Below, piece after piece: positions 1 through 9,898 of a DNA stretch of 55,094 nt. Each line of letters opens with the position of its first letter. The stretch's first letter is position 1. A program made the position numbers and the translations under genes. This DNA comes from Alphaproteobacteria bacterium UBA3635. GTDB taxonomy: Bacteria > Pseudomonadota > Alphaproteobacteria > Rs-D84. The notes below the pieces were generated by a model. The model did no database searches, was not told the origin of the DNA, and worked only from the letters and a program-made list of their open reading frames with translations. The stretch covers positions 1 through 55,094 of the forward strand of contig DFKW01000009.1 of NCBI GenBank assembly GCA_002373935.1, written 5' to 3'.

Positions 1-55
1 AAAATAAGTTGGCGCCGACACAAAAAAAGATGTCAAGGCTTTGCCTTGACATTAT

Positions 56-131
56 GCACCATTAGCTCACATGGTAGAGCAACTGACTCTTAATCAGTGG
101 GTCCAGGGTTCGAGTCCCTGTGCGTCCACCA
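56..131 (+). tRNA. tRNA-Lys(CTT) with a mismatched acceptor stem (possibly chimeric or pseudo)
   Basis: D arm GCTC/GAGC, anticodon arm ACTGA-CTCTTAA-TCAGT, T arm CAGGG-TTCGAGT-CCCTG, 3' ACCA. The 5' strand GCACCAT does not pair with the 3' strand TGCGTCC. Confidence 0.75.
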
Positions 132-166
132 AAAAATACCCCCGCATTTTGCGGGGATTATTTTTT
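132..166 (+). terminator. intrinsic terminator after the tRNA
   Basis: CCCCGCA-ttt-TGCGGGG hairpin followed by a T tract. Confidence 0.7.
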
Positions 167-169
167 GAT

Positions 170-220
170 GCAAAGAAGGGGTGGATGGTGAGTGAAACGA
201 ACCAGACGGGGTAATTTGAA
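170..220. repeat. REP-like element, family B (AAGAAGGGGTGG...GACGGGGTAATTTGAA)
   Basis: Same conserved flanks as the copies near 25.1, 25.7, 28.3, 28.7 and 54.8 kb. Confidence 0.75.
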
Positions 221-294
221 AAATTAAAAATACCATTTTGTGATTTGGGGGATTTGTGATATAATATCTGTATTAAAATGTGAGAGGGGTTTTG

Positions 295-1293
295 ATGTTA
301 AAAAAGATTTTTGCAGTATTTTTTGCCGGTATGTTTTTTGTCGCAGGGGCGGGTGCCGCGGTGGATGCGCGCACGGAGTGCGTGAAGTCGGCATCGGAGG
401 ATGGTTTTTCTGATTATGGTTATGCTGGTTTTATAGTGCCAGATTATGCGATATTTTTTGATAATGATAGCAGTGATATTCCAGGTGCCTGCACGGATGA
501 TGTAAATAAATTAGTTGCCGATTTGCAGAACAAACGGGACGATATAGAAACGGTTTTGTTATTTGGCTCGGCGGATTCAACAGGTAATTCACAACATAAT
601 GCAGGGTTGGCAGAACGCCGCATGTATACGGTGGATGGATTGTTGCAAGACGCTGATGTGCCGGTGTGTGAAGATGATGGTAAAGGAAAGGCGATATCCC
701 ATTGTGCGGCTGTATCTATTGGTGAATCTGATACGTGGATGAGAGATAATGAATCAAGATATGAGAGTCGTGCGGTGTTTATGTTTGTGATTTATAAAGG
801 GGACATTTGTGACGAGGCAACAATCAAGGCGTTGGATGCATTGTCGGCCAAGGTGACGGATACTGATGTTAAATCTAAATTAGATGCGGCAAAACAAATT
901 TGTAATAGCGGTAAAAAAGACCAGATGTTATTGCGTTCACAGCGTCAACAAATTATGGGTGCAATCAGTGTGGCATTACAAAAATATCCGGATGCATGGA
1001 AAGATGTCCCGGCGGATTTGTCTGCGACAATTTTGGCGAACGGCATAATTGCGGTGCGTGATTCTTTGGTGTCGGGTAAATCGGTTTGGAAAACAGACAA
1101 GGGGACATTTAACTATGCGCGTTTGGCGTCGGATTCTATTGCGGGTGTGGTGTTGGGAACCGCCGGCGGAATTATTACATCAAATGTCGTGAAGAAAAAT
1201 CAAATCAAAAGTGGTTTCGAAGATGTTATGTGCACTGTTGGTGGGCAAAATGTCGCAAACTGGGGCGATGAATTTCGTGTCGGTGTTCGGTAA
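295..1293 (+). CDS. secreted protein with an OmpA-like domain and a C-terminal glycine-zipper segment
   Basis: Signal peptide; GSADSTG...N..LAERR motif of OmpA_C; AGVVLGTAGG zipper; SD GAGGGG before ATG 295. Confidence 0.7.
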   Translation: MLKKIFAVFFAGMFFVAGAGAAVDARTECVKSASEDGFSDYGYAGFIVPDYAIFFDNDSSDIPGACTDDVNKLVADLQNKRDDIETVLLFGSADSTGNSQHNAGLAERRMYTVDGLLQDADVPVCEDDGKGKAISHCAAVSIGESDTWMRDNESRYESRAVFMFVIYKGDICDEATIKALDALSAKVTDTDVKSKLDAAKQICNSGKKDQMLLRSQRQQIMGAISVALQKYPDAWKDVPADLSATILANGIIAVRDSLVSGKSVWKTDKGTFNYARLASDSIAGVVLGTAGGIITSNVVKKNQIKSGFEDVMCTVGGQNVANWGDEFRVGVR

Positions 1294-1305
1294 AATTTTT
1301 GGGGG

Positions 1306-2127
1306 ATGTCAGAGATGAAAAAATTATTGTGTTTTTTGGGTTGTGTGTTGACCGTGTGTGCGGCAAACGCCGCGGGGCGTGATGCGTCGCGTGCATCAAT
1401 CGCACCACGTGCCATTGTTGGTACCGCGCATTTGAACGATTTTAAATCCAGTTTGAAATTTTTGGGTGACAATATCGCGGCACCCGATACACCTGTGCCG
1501 GCGGCAACAGTGGACGATGTGCGTGATACGCGTGATGCGGAACGTGCGGCGTGTATGTCTAATAATGGTTGGGGTATGGGAAATACTTTTGTTTGGGCAT
1601 CCCGATACAGCAATACATCAAATTATGCGTCAATGGTCGAAGATGTCGAAAATCCGGAAAATAATGTGTGTTGGGTCTTGGTTGGATTGCGTTCAAATGA
1701 TGGACGGGTAAATATGTCCGATATGCCAACAAAATATTTTGAAATGGGAACAAATATTACATGTGGCAGTTGGGTTGACGAAGCGTTGGTCGAAAAGCGG
1801 ATTTTGGATGCGAAAAAAACCACACGCACATTGGCAACCGTTGCGGGCAGTGTTGGTGGCGCGGGTGTTGGTGTTGGCGCAATGGAATTGTTTGGAAATA
1901 AAATGATTGGTGGTGCCGTCATGGGACAAAAGGCATTGAGTGGTGATGATTTGTTTGTTGCACAATTAAAAGAATTAAAAAATTCTAAACAAGATGCGGA
2001 CAAAGCGCGTTATGACAGTGTTGTCGCAATGTTGAAAAATTTACAAGAAGTGTGCCAAAAGAATACCTCGGCGGATGGTTGCAAAGATGTACAATATGCC
2101 ACAATATTACAAGGTTTAGGTGAATAA
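1306..2127 (+). CDS. secreted Cys-containing glycine-zipper protein, paralogue of 30089..30940
   Basis: Signal peptide; shared core NTFVWAS..SNTSNYASMVEDV.NPENNVC and GGAGVGVGAMELFGN. Confidence 0.8.
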   Translation: MSEMKKLLCFLGCVLTVCAANAAGRDASRASIAPRAIVGTAHLNDFKSSLKFLGDNIAAPDTPVPAATVDDVRDTRDAERAACMSNNGWGMGNTFVWASRYSNTSNYASMVEDVENPENNVCWVLVGLRSNDGRVNMSDMPTKYFEMGTNITCGSWVDEALVEKRILDAKKTTRTLATVAGSVGGAGVGVGAMELFGNKMIGGAVMGQKALSGDDLFVAQLKELKNSKQDADKARYDSVVAMLKNLQEVCQKNTSADGCKDVQYATILQGLGE

Positions 2128-2128
2128 T

Positions 2129-2160
2129 AAAAACGCCGCCAATCTGGCGGCGTTTTTTTT
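2129..2160. terminator. bidirectional intrinsic terminator
   Basis: AAAAACGCCGCC-aatct-GGCGGCGTTTTT between convergent genes. Confidence 0.8.
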
Positions 2161-2887
2161 ACATTGTGAAATCTTCGCCCAGGTACACTTTTTTAACCTG
2201 GGGGTCGGCGGTTATTTCGCGCGCGGTTCCGTGCTTTAATATTTTTCCGTCGTGCAAAACATAACTGCGGTCGGTGATACCCAATGTTTCGCGGACATTG
2301 TGGTCGGTTATAATCACGCCCAGGCCGCGGTCCTTTAATTGCGATACCAATGAACGAATTTCGTTCACGGCGATTGGGTCAATGCCGGCAAATGGTTCGT
2401 CCAATAAAATAAATTTCGGGTCGTTCGCCAATGCACGCGCAATTTCAACGCGGCGGCGTTCGCCACCCGATAATGCGGTCGCCGGACTGCGTCGCAGGTG
2501 TTCAATTGAAAATTCGCGCAATAATGATTCCAATTTTTCATGACGGCGCGCGCGGTCGGGTTCAACAACCTGTAATATTGCCATGATGTTTTGTTCAACG
2601 GTCAGTCCACGAAAAACACTGTTTTCCTGGGGCAGATAGCCAATGTGCAGGCGCGCCCGTTGATAAAACGGCAGACGGGTTATATCCTGGGAATTTAGGA
2701 ATATTTGCCCCGATGTCGCGTTTAACTGGCCCGTGATGCAATAGAATGCCGTGGTTTTTCCCGCGCCGTTCGGCCCCAACAGACCCACGGATTCACCCTG
2801 GTGCACAATCATTGATATGTCGCGGATAACCGTGCGGGCACCATAGTTTTTTGATAAATGTTCAACGCGTAATACAGATTGTTTCAT
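2159..2887 (-). CDS. lptB: LPS export ABC transporter ATP-binding protein
   Basis: GPNGAGKTT, LSGGERRRVEIARALA, LLDEPFAGIDP, ITDHNVRETL. Confidence 0.95.
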   Translation of the reverse strand: MKQSVLRVEHLSKNYGARTVIRDISMIVHQGESVGLLGPNGAGKTTAFYCITGQLNATSGQIFLNSQDITRLPFYQRARLHIGYLPQENSVFRGLTVEQNIMAILQVVEPDRARRHEKLESLLREFSIEHLRRSPATALSGGERRRVEIARALANDPKFILLDEPFAGIDPIAVNEIRSLVSQLKDRGLGVIITDHNVRETLGITDRSYVLHDGKILKHGTAREITADPQVKKVYLGEDFTM

Positions 2888-3384
2888 AATTTTATCACCA
2901 TTTCAGATGTTGTTATTTTGTCGCCATTACTGGAATCAATATGGACATCGCCATATAATTTCAGGTTGTTTTTCGCCTGGTTATATTCGGCATGATTGGC
3001 GCGAATTTTGTCGATAATTCGTTGCCCGTCGGTGTGACGTACCGTTGTGCCGTTGACCGTGTCCATAAATATTATGTCCGGTGTTTTGTATTCTTGGCGG
3101 CCGATTTTTGCGTGGATTGTAAATGGTTCGCCATTTTTATCAATGCCCGAAAAATCAGCGTTTGTCATTTTGAATTGGTTACTGGTTATTTCAACCATAT
3201 TTATCGCCGTAATCGGTGTCCATAATAACTGTTTTGTGAATACCGCGCCGGCAACCAATGCCGCAACCATCACCAGTCCCCATCCGGTGAACAAAAATTG
3301 CCAAATGCGGGTTAAACGCCGGTGTTTCGAAAATATAATAAAATTTCTTTTGTTCGATACCATAATCGCATTTTTGCATAACAT
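2884..3384 (-). CDS. lptC: LPS export protein LptC-like
   Basis: Single N-terminal TM helix, a jellyroll-like G.DKNG.PF segment, and position upstream of lptB; start could be 3363. Confidence 0.7.
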   Translation of the reverse strand: MLCKNAIMVSNKRNFIIFSKHRRLTRIWQFLFTGWGLVMVAALVAGAVFTKQLLWTPITAINMVEITSNQFKMTNADFSGIDKNGEPFTIHAKIGRQEYKTPDIIFMDTVNGTTVRHTDGQRIIDKIRANHAEYNQAKNNLKLYGDVHIDSSNGDKITTSEMVIKL

Positions 3385-3448
3385 AAACTAAAATGCAATT
3401 TTTATATTTGAGAGCGGCTTTTTTTGTGATATAATGTGTCCAGTGGAG

Positions 3449-4255
3449 ATGAGAAAGTTTTTTGCGTTTTTTATTATCGGTATTTTGTGTGTCACGGGTG
3501 ACGCCGGTGCCGCCAATGTCACGGTTAAAAAAGCATCGTCGGTAAAAAAACAGGAAACCAGTGGTTTGGAAACAATCACATCGGGGTCGCTGTTGCCGGG
3601 GGTAATTGGATTGGTATCTAATGTGGCGTCGTTGAAAAAACAAACCGAAGAGTTAAAGGCCGAATGTGTTCCGTCGGGAACAGAAAGTGCGTGGGTCGAT
3701 AATATTGTCAAAGAATATGCCAAAACCGGGGCGAAGACCGCCGAACAAATGTTGGGTGGCGCCAAGGCGTGTTCGTCGGACAGTGGTTGGGATTTAGAGG
3801 TTCAAAGTGCACGTTTGACACCCGGTGGGGGCGAACCGTGTATGCCTGTGTTTGATGATAAAGATGCAATTTGGTATGGTTATCCGAAAGTCGCGAAAGC
3901 AAAGTATTGTCCAGATATGGGTGATACCACATGTGCAGATTCCAAGAAGAAAAATGAATCCAACATATATAAAATATTTGGTGCATTGGATTGGACCCAG
4001 GAAGATTACCTGGTGGGCGAGGGCGATATGTTTATCAAAATGATGGAAAAAACCGATAAATGTGCGCCTGAAAAAATTACCGCCCGTAATCGCGAGGCAT
4101 ATGCCAATTTTGTAAAACAAACCATTTCTGGTGCCGGGCAATCGCAAAATACCGGTGCCGTGTATGAAGCCATTGGCAACCTGACCGGCAGTGGGGGTGG
4201 GTTGTCGGGAGTGGGGAGTTTGGCACCCACCGTCATCCAACTTTTAGATAAATAA
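3449..4255 (+). CDS. secreted hypothetical Cys-rich protein
   Basis: Signal peptide MRKFFAFF...AGA; SD GGAG; native codon style. Confidence 0.7.
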   Translation: MRKFFAFFIIGILCVTGDAGAANVTVKKASSVKKQETSGLETITSGSLLPGVIGLVSNVASLKKQTEELKAECVPSGTESAWVDNIVKEYAKTGAKTAEQMLGGAKACSSDSGWDLEVQSARLTPGGGEPCMPVFDDKDAIWYGYPKVAKAKYCPDMGDTTCADSKKKNESNIYKIFGALDWTQEDYLVGEGDMFIKMMEKTDKCAPEKITARNREAYANFVKQTISGAGQSQNTGAVYEAIGNLTGSGGGLSGVGSLAPTVIQLLDK

Positions 4256-4525
4256 AAAATAATAGCACATCTGCTTGTCGTTTATTCGTTTATGTAGCAT
4301 TTGTACACTGCACTCATAAACGACTGCGCATCTGTGCCATTATTTTTTATTTATAATTTTATCTGCTTGTTGATGGCTCGTTTATGTAGGTCAACTACAC
4401 TGCACTCGCCATCAACGGCGTATCTACACTGTTCTTTATCTAAAAACATCGCTTAAACGGTTTTTGTTTTTTTATTCTGCACTCATAAACGACTGCGCAT
4501 CTGTGCCATTATTTTTTATTTATAG
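4248..4525. repeat. cluster of family A hairpin repeats (2 full copies, 1 half copy)
   Basis: ATCTGCTT-stem-TCGTTTA-TGTA-loop-TACA-CTGCACTC-stem'-GCGCATCT at 4269-4333 and 4361-4425; 4477-4525 duplicates 4308-4355. Confidence 0.85.
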
Positions 4526-4633
4526 TTTTATTTGTGTATTTACCACATGGGTGGTTTTCTTTTTCTGCTTTACTGGGGGGCAAAAAAATAGTATAATATT
4601 ACATAAAGGTTTATTACAAAGGAAGGTCTTGGT

Positions 4634-6142
4634 ATGTTAAACAAATTTTTTTCAACTGCATTTGTGATTGGTTCGGTTGTCGCGCTGGCTGGGTGCGCCG
4701 GGTCAAATAATGGTGAATACGCGTCCACGCCAACCGTCGATTATGTCGAGGGGTTGGATGTCTATTCTGCGCCACATCAAGATTCTTTCTTGAATCAATT
4801 GGCGATGAATTATCGTTCTTATGCGATTTATAATGCGCGCACATCGGGTTATCCGGAAATGGGCGAATTGTTTGCGCAAAAGGCCGTGACCGCATTTTCG
4901 GGTGAAACACCGTTCCCGGAAACAATTTCTAATTGGCCGGTTGGGGCGGCGGATGGCGAAATGCTGAATATGGCGTATAACGACATGATTGATGAATTCA
5001 AAAATGATGCGACCGAAACGCGTCCTGATGTCGCGGCCGAGGCCCAGGCGAAATTTGATTGTTGGTTGTCGGCAACATCGACCGGGCAAATGGAAACCGC
5101 AAATCAATGCCATGATCGTTTTATCGCGGCGATGGATGTGTTGAAAAATTGCAAAAAGGGCGGATGTCGCGTTGCAAAACAAAATGCTAAACCTGCATCG
5201 ATTGAAATAGAAAATCATGCGTTTTATCCGGAAACCCGTTCAATGGGTGCCGCCGCGGGCGTTGCATATCCGCGTGATGGTATCGTTATCGTGAACAATG
5301 TTAGTGTGCCGGGTAATTTGGTGCAAACGGTGCCGGTGGGGCAAACACCAATGGTATTTAATCAAAATATTTATGGTGGCGATAAACAGGTTTCTAACAG
5401 TGGTAATACATTGGCGGTGAATCATTCGTCGGGTTCGCGTTGCGATTGCAAGACAGGTGCGCCGGTAATAATTGAAATGCCGGAAAATAATGCGGCATCG
5501 ATGCCGGTGGAATCTTGTCCGTGTTCACAAAACGACGAATTGCCAACTTTGGGTGAAGAATTGGTGACCCGTGACGAGTTTATCAATATGATGATGGCGA
5601 TGCGCGCCGAAATCCGTGCGATAAACGAACGTTTGGATGCGATGCGGCCAAATGATGAACGCGCGGTTATCAAAGTGCAACAGATTCCGCTGGAGCCAAC
5701 GCAACATGTTATGGAAGAAATATTCGAGGTGCATTTTGACTTTAACAAGGCCATTATTAAACCGGAATATGATGCGTTGATTCGTGAATTGGCAACGGCA
5801 ACACAAAATAACAAAAATATCAAGGTGTCTGTGGTTGGACATACCGATACCGCCGGCAGCAACAGTTATAACTATGCGTTGGGTGGTCGCCGTGCCGAGG
5901 CCGTGCAAAAAATGCTGATTGGATATGGTATCCCGGCCAGTCAGATTGTCGCGGTGTCTGCGGGTGAAGAAGATTTAAAGGTTAAAACCGCCGATGGTGT
6001 GCCAAACGCAGAAAACCGCCGTGTGCGCGTTGTCAAAGAAACTCACTATACCGAACCGGGCAAGGTCGTTCCTATCGCAGTTGTCAGCGATGGTGATGCC
6101 GATGTCCAAGCATTTGACGAGGATTGTTTGGATTGTGAATAA
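4634..6142 (+). CDS. OmpA-family lipoprotein
   Basis: Lipobox LAGC; AQAKFDCW domain; C-terminal VHFDF...GHTDTAG...ALGGRRAEAV...NRRV. Confidence 0.9.
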   Translation: MLNKFFSTAFVIGSVVALAGCAGSNNGEYASTPTVDYVEGLDVYSAPHQDSFLNQLAMNYRSYAIYNARTSGYPEMGELFAQKAVTAFSGETPFPETISNWPVGAADGEMLNMAYNDMIDEFKNDATETRPDVAAEAQAKFDCWLSATSTGQMETANQCHDRFIAAMDVLKNCKKGGCRVAKQNAKPASIEIENHAFYPETRSMGAAAGVAYPRDGIVIVNNVSVPGNLVQTVPVGQTPMVFNQNIYGGDKQVSNSGNTLAVNHSSGSRCDCKTGAPVIIEMPENNAASMPVESCPCSQNDELPTLGEELVTRDEFINMMMAMRAEIRAINERLDAMRPNDERAVIKVQQIPLEPTQHVMEEIFEVHFDFNKAIIKPEYDALIRELATATQNNKNIKVSVVGHTDTAGSNSYNYALGGRRAEAVQKMLIGYGIPASQIVAVSAGEEDLKVKTADGVPNAENRRVRVVKETHYTEPGKVVPIAVVSDGDADVQAFDEDCLDCE

Positions 6143-6162
6143 AAGTTTTTAGAACAAAATAC

Positions 6163-6191
6163 TTGACAAAAAGAATTTATTAGTGTAAATT
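6163..6191 (+). promoter_or_regulatory. sigma70-type promoter
   Basis: TTGACA, 17 bp, TAAATT. Confidence 0.6.
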
Positions 6192-6228
6192 CGGTCTTGT
6201 CAGAGAGATGTTTTGAAAGAGGCATAAA

Positions 6229-6366
6229 ATGACAGAAAATAAGAAAAAATTAAATTTTGCGCAGGGGACATTGGGTGTGCGTATGCGGCGCGAAGAAGAA
6301 CAACCGGTGAATTTGGTCGAAATTTTTTCGTCACGCGGTGTTGATTTGACGGGCGCAGAATTTTAA
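6229..6366 (+). CDS. 45-aa small protein (MTENKKKLNFAQG...GAEF), not in the ORF track
   Basis: Own promoter, SD GAAAGAGG and downstream terminator. Confidence 0.6.
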   Translation: MTENKKKLNFAQGTLGVRMRREEEQPVNLVEIFSSRGVDLTGAEF

Positions 6367-6391
6367 GAATAACATCTTGAAAGTTCTATTT

Positions 6392-6426
6392 TGTGGGCGT
6401 GGGGAACCGCGCCCATGTTTTTTTTA
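6392..6426 (+). terminator. intrinsic terminator
   Basis: TGGGCGTGG-ggaa-CCGCGCCCA hairpin followed by a T tract. Confidence 0.7.
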
Positions 6427-6497
6427 TTTAATTTGTGTTTGGGGTGGGGTGGTGTTTTGTGATACAATATGTGGGTTACATACAAAAAGGTTTATTG

Positions 6498-9128
6498 ATG
6501 AAATTTGTTGGTTTAACCGGGGCCCAGGTCGTGGCCAGTCGTAAAAAATATGGAACAAATGTTATACCGGGGGTCAAACGTAAAACCGCGTGGCAATTTT
6601 TATTGGATGTGTTTCGTGATAAAATCAATCTGATTTTATTGGGAATGCTGGTCGTGTTTTTGATTATGGCGATGTTTGGGGTTGGTGGATATTTAGAACC
6701 AATTGGTATTGGTGTTGTTTTGTTGTTTGTTGCGATAATTGGTGTGGCGACAAAATTGCGTGCGCAACGGTATTCTATGGATTTGAAAAATAAAACGGCG
6801 GTGCGATATGCTATTGTTGTTCGTGATGGTAAAATCAAACGGATAAACACCGATGATATTGTTGTTGGTGATGTTGTGTTTTTGCAATCTGGCGAAACTA
6901 TTCCGGCGGATGGTTATATTGTCGATGGTAAAATAAATGTGAATAATTCTGTGTTAAATGGTGAATCCGAAGAGTGCCTGAAAGAACCAGTGGATGATTT
7001 TGTATATAATCCAAATGCGCGTATCACGGCCGATGATTATGTGGGGGCAAATTTATTGTTTGCGGGTACCACGGTGCAAAGTGGCGAATGCTATATGGTT
7101 GTGGGTAAAATTGGTGTGCATACCGAAAATGCAAAAACTTTGTTGGCCATGCGTAATATCGACGAGGTTAAAACCGATTTAGATATAAAATTAGATAAAT
7201 TGGCAACGCGTATTGGTCAATTTGGTTATATTGGTGGCGCGATTGTGGCGTGCGTTTTGTTGGCGGATTCTGTGATTGCTGCGGGTGGGGTGCATGCGTT
7301 TTTTGCGTCCGGGTGGATGAATATATTACATCAAATTTTGGATGCGTTGGTTGTTGCGCTGACGATTGTGGTTGCGGCAGTGCCCGAGGGGTTGCCGTTT
7401 ATTATCACCATGATTATATCGCAAAATGCGCGAAATATGATAAAGCATAATGTGTTGGCAAAAAATACTCATAAAATACCCGAGGCCGGAAATATTCAAA
7501 TTTTATGTACAGATAAAACCGGGACATTGACATATGGAAATTTAATTCCAATCACAAATTATCTGGGCGACGGCAGTCAGGTTGATTTTAATTCTGTGTT
7601 GCCGGTGTCGCGATTTATTGTTGCAAATATTTTATTTAATACCGGTGCGGCGTGGGATGATAATGGCAAAATTGTCGGCGGAACCAGTACGCAACGCGCA
7701 TTGTTGTCGGGGTTGGATAAAAATTCAAAATTGGTGCGGACGGTTCTGCGCGAGATAAAAACATTAGATAAAATTCCGTTCGACAGTGCGAATAAATTTT
7801 CTGCGGTGCGTGTTGTGCGACGTCAAGATGAAAAACAATTTGTGTTATATATGGGCGCGCCGGAAATGATTTTGGAACATGTGTCTGGTTATATTGATGT
7901 GAATGGTGTCGTGCATAAAATAAACAAATCTGCGGTTGCCGCCATAATTCGTGATAATGCACGCCAGGCAAAACGCATGGTGGCAATGGCGTATGGGGTT
8001 GGTAAAACATTGGATGCAAAATTGCCAGATAACTTAAATTTAATATCGTTGGTTGCAATTCGTGATGATGTTCGGCGCGAAGTACCATCGGCCGTTGCGC
8101 GTATGCATAATGCGGGAATTCATGTGATTATGATGACGGGTGATAATTTGGATACTGCGCGTGCGATTGGTATTGATTCGGGGATTGTTAAAAATGATGA
8201 TGATTTGGTTTTGACCGCCCGTGAATTAGATTTGATGACGGATAATGAAATCAAGAAAAAATTGTATAAATTGCGGGTTGTTGCGCGTGCGGTGCCGCGG
8301 ACTAAATTGCGTTTGGTTAAAATTGCCCAAGAAATGAATTTGTGTATTGGTATGTGCGGGGATGGCACAAATGATGCGCCCGCATTGCGTCGCGCCGATG
8401 TTGGATTTGCAATGGGAAGTGGGACGGATGTTTGTAAAGAGGCCGGCGATATTATCATTACCGATGATAATTTTGTGTCGATTGCAGATGCGGTTTTGTT
8501 TGGGCGAACTTTTTTGAATAACATTACAAAATTTTTAATGTTTCAAATGCCAATAAATATTATGTTGGTTGTGTTCAGTTTAATTTATCCAATTGTGTAT
8601 GTTGTACCGGCATTTGTTGCGGTGCAAATTTTGGTGATAAATATTGTGATGGATTCATTAAATTCTTTGTCGTTTGGTGCGGAACCCGCAAAGCCGGAAT
8701 ATATGACCACACCGCCCCAGCCCAAGGGTGCATCGTTATTTGCCGGCGGGGTGGCGGCGCGCATATTTGCGGTGTGTGTTGAATTTTGTTTGATATTTGG
8801 GTTGTTGTTTTTGCCGTGTGTTCAAGATGTCTTTGGTGAAAACCCGGATGTAAATTTAACTGTTCGGTTTGCGTTGATTATGTTGATTGCGGCGTTTAAT
8901 GGATTTAATGTGCGCACAGACGATATGCGTTTATTGCGCGGAGTTGCTAAAAATCCGGCGTTTATATTGATTGCGGCAATAATTATTTGTGGGACATTCA
9001 CAATTGTTCAATTTGGTGGCGATGTATTCCAGGTCGTACCATTGACATTGGTGCAATGGATGACATTGTTCGTATTGTCGTTTTTAATAATCCCCATGGA
9101 TTTGATTCGAAAGTTATTTGTGAAATGA
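6498..9128 (+). CDS. P-type (IIA/IIB, Ca2+-like) cation-translocating ATPase
   Basis: AVPEGLP, DKTGTLT phosphorylation site, TGDN, GDGTNDAPAL. Confidence 0.92.
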   Translation: MKFVGLTGAQVVASRKKYGTNVIPGVKRKTAWQFLLDVFRDKINLILLGMLVVFLIMAMFGVGGYLEPIGIGVVLLFVAIIGVATKLRAQRYSMDLKNKTAVRYAIVVRDGKIKRINTDDIVVGDVVFLQSGETIPADGYIVDGKINVNNSVLNGESEECLKEPVDDFVYNPNARITADDYVGANLLFAGTTVQSGECYMVVGKIGVHTENAKTLLAMRNIDEVKTDLDIKLDKLATRIGQFGYIGGAIVACVLLADSVIAAGGVHAFFASGWMNILHQILDALVVALTIVVAAVPEGLPFIITMIISQNARNMIKHNVLAKNTHKIPEAGNIQILCTDKTGTLTYGNLIPITNYLGDGSQVDFNSVLPVSRFIVANILFNTGAAWDDNGKIVGGTSTQRALLSGLDKNSKLVRTVLREIKTLDKIPFDSANKFSAVRVVRRQDEKQFVLYMGAPEMILEHVSGYIDVNGVVHKINKSAVAAIIRDNARQAKRMVAMAYGVGKTLDAKLPDNLNLISLVAIRDDVRREVPSAVARMHNAGIHVIMMTGDNLDTARAIGIDSGIVKNDDDLVLTARELDLMTDNEIKKKLYKLRVVARAVPRTKLRLVKIAQEMNLCIGMCGDGTNDAPALRRADVGFAMGSGTDVCKEAGDIIITDDNFVSIADAVLFGRTFLNNITKFLMFQMPINIMLVVFSLIYPIVYVVPAFVAVQILVINIVMDSLNSLSFGAEPAKPEYMTTPPQPKGASLFAGGVAARIFAVCVEFCLIFGLLFLPCVQDVFGENPDVNLTVRFALIMLIAAFNGFNVRTDDMRLLRGVAKNPAFILIAAIIICGTFTIVQFGGDVFQVVPLTLVQWMTLFVLSFLIIPMDLIRKLFVK

Positions 9129-9172
9129 AAAAAAGCGGTCGCATTTGCGGCCGCCTGTTTTTTTGTGTATGC

Positions 9173-9712
9173 TTAATCAATGAATCCCCATGCGGCGCGA
9201 TATCCACGGTCACGTTCAAAGAATATTGTTGCGCCTTGTAATTGTTTTGCATTTACATTTTTGATGATAAATGTTTCTTGTAATTTTGGACTCATTTTGT
9301 TTTTACGAGTCAACGGCATTTCTAACGCCATTGTTGTTTCACGACAGCATGTATCTGGATTCATGCATTTTGCATCTTTGCATTGATAGATTTTTGTGGT
9401 GTAATCTACGCCGTCACGCAGATGGTCAACATTTACAACCATTTTTACGCCTTGGTCAATGTCGTAAAATTTAACATATCCGATTTCAGACGCTTCGCCA
9501 TGATTGTTGCGAGTGAACATTTTTGAATACATTTTGTCTGAACGGTTGTTGTAATACTTTTTTTCATGGCATGTGGTTTTTCCGTGTTTGACATATGTGT
9601 CTTGGTATTCATTATCGTTGTGTCTTTTGTGACCGTAATCATTTGCGGTTGTGCATCCGGCAACGGTGAATACTAATGCAAGTGCAGATATTATGTTGAT
9701 GAATTTTTTCAT
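9173..9712 (-). CDS. lipoprotein with a Cu/Zn-SOD-like fold pattern but lacking the His ligands
   Basis: Lipobox VAGC; G.VKF....GV.M.V.V..L..G and L.G.TIFF...G.R.A.G.I resemble SodC ends. Confidence 0.5.
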   Translation of the reverse strand: MKKFINIISALALVFTVAGCTTANDYGHKRHNDNEYQDTYVKHGKTTCHEKKYYNNRSDKMYSKMFTRNNHGEASEIGYVKFYDIDQGVKMVVNVDHLRDGVDYTTKIYQCKDAKCMNPDTCCRETTMALEMPLTRKNKMSPKLQETFIIKNVNAKQLQGATIFFERDRGYRAAWGFID

Positions 9713-9898
9713 ATTTTTTCTCCTTTGGTTGTTATATGAAATACATATTTATTTTATATTGTTTTATTTGTTTTGCGATGGGTATGATTGCCCAAAAAAT
9801 ACCGGAATCAATGCATATAGCAAGAATATTGTCTTGTTGGTTTTTATATGTGCGTTGGATTAAATTTTTTATACATACCAAACCAAAGGAGTTAAATT

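Noticed and set aside
4248-4525. CRISPR array
   Set aside because: Only 2-3 degenerate units, no constant repeat with unique regular spacers, and no cas genes.
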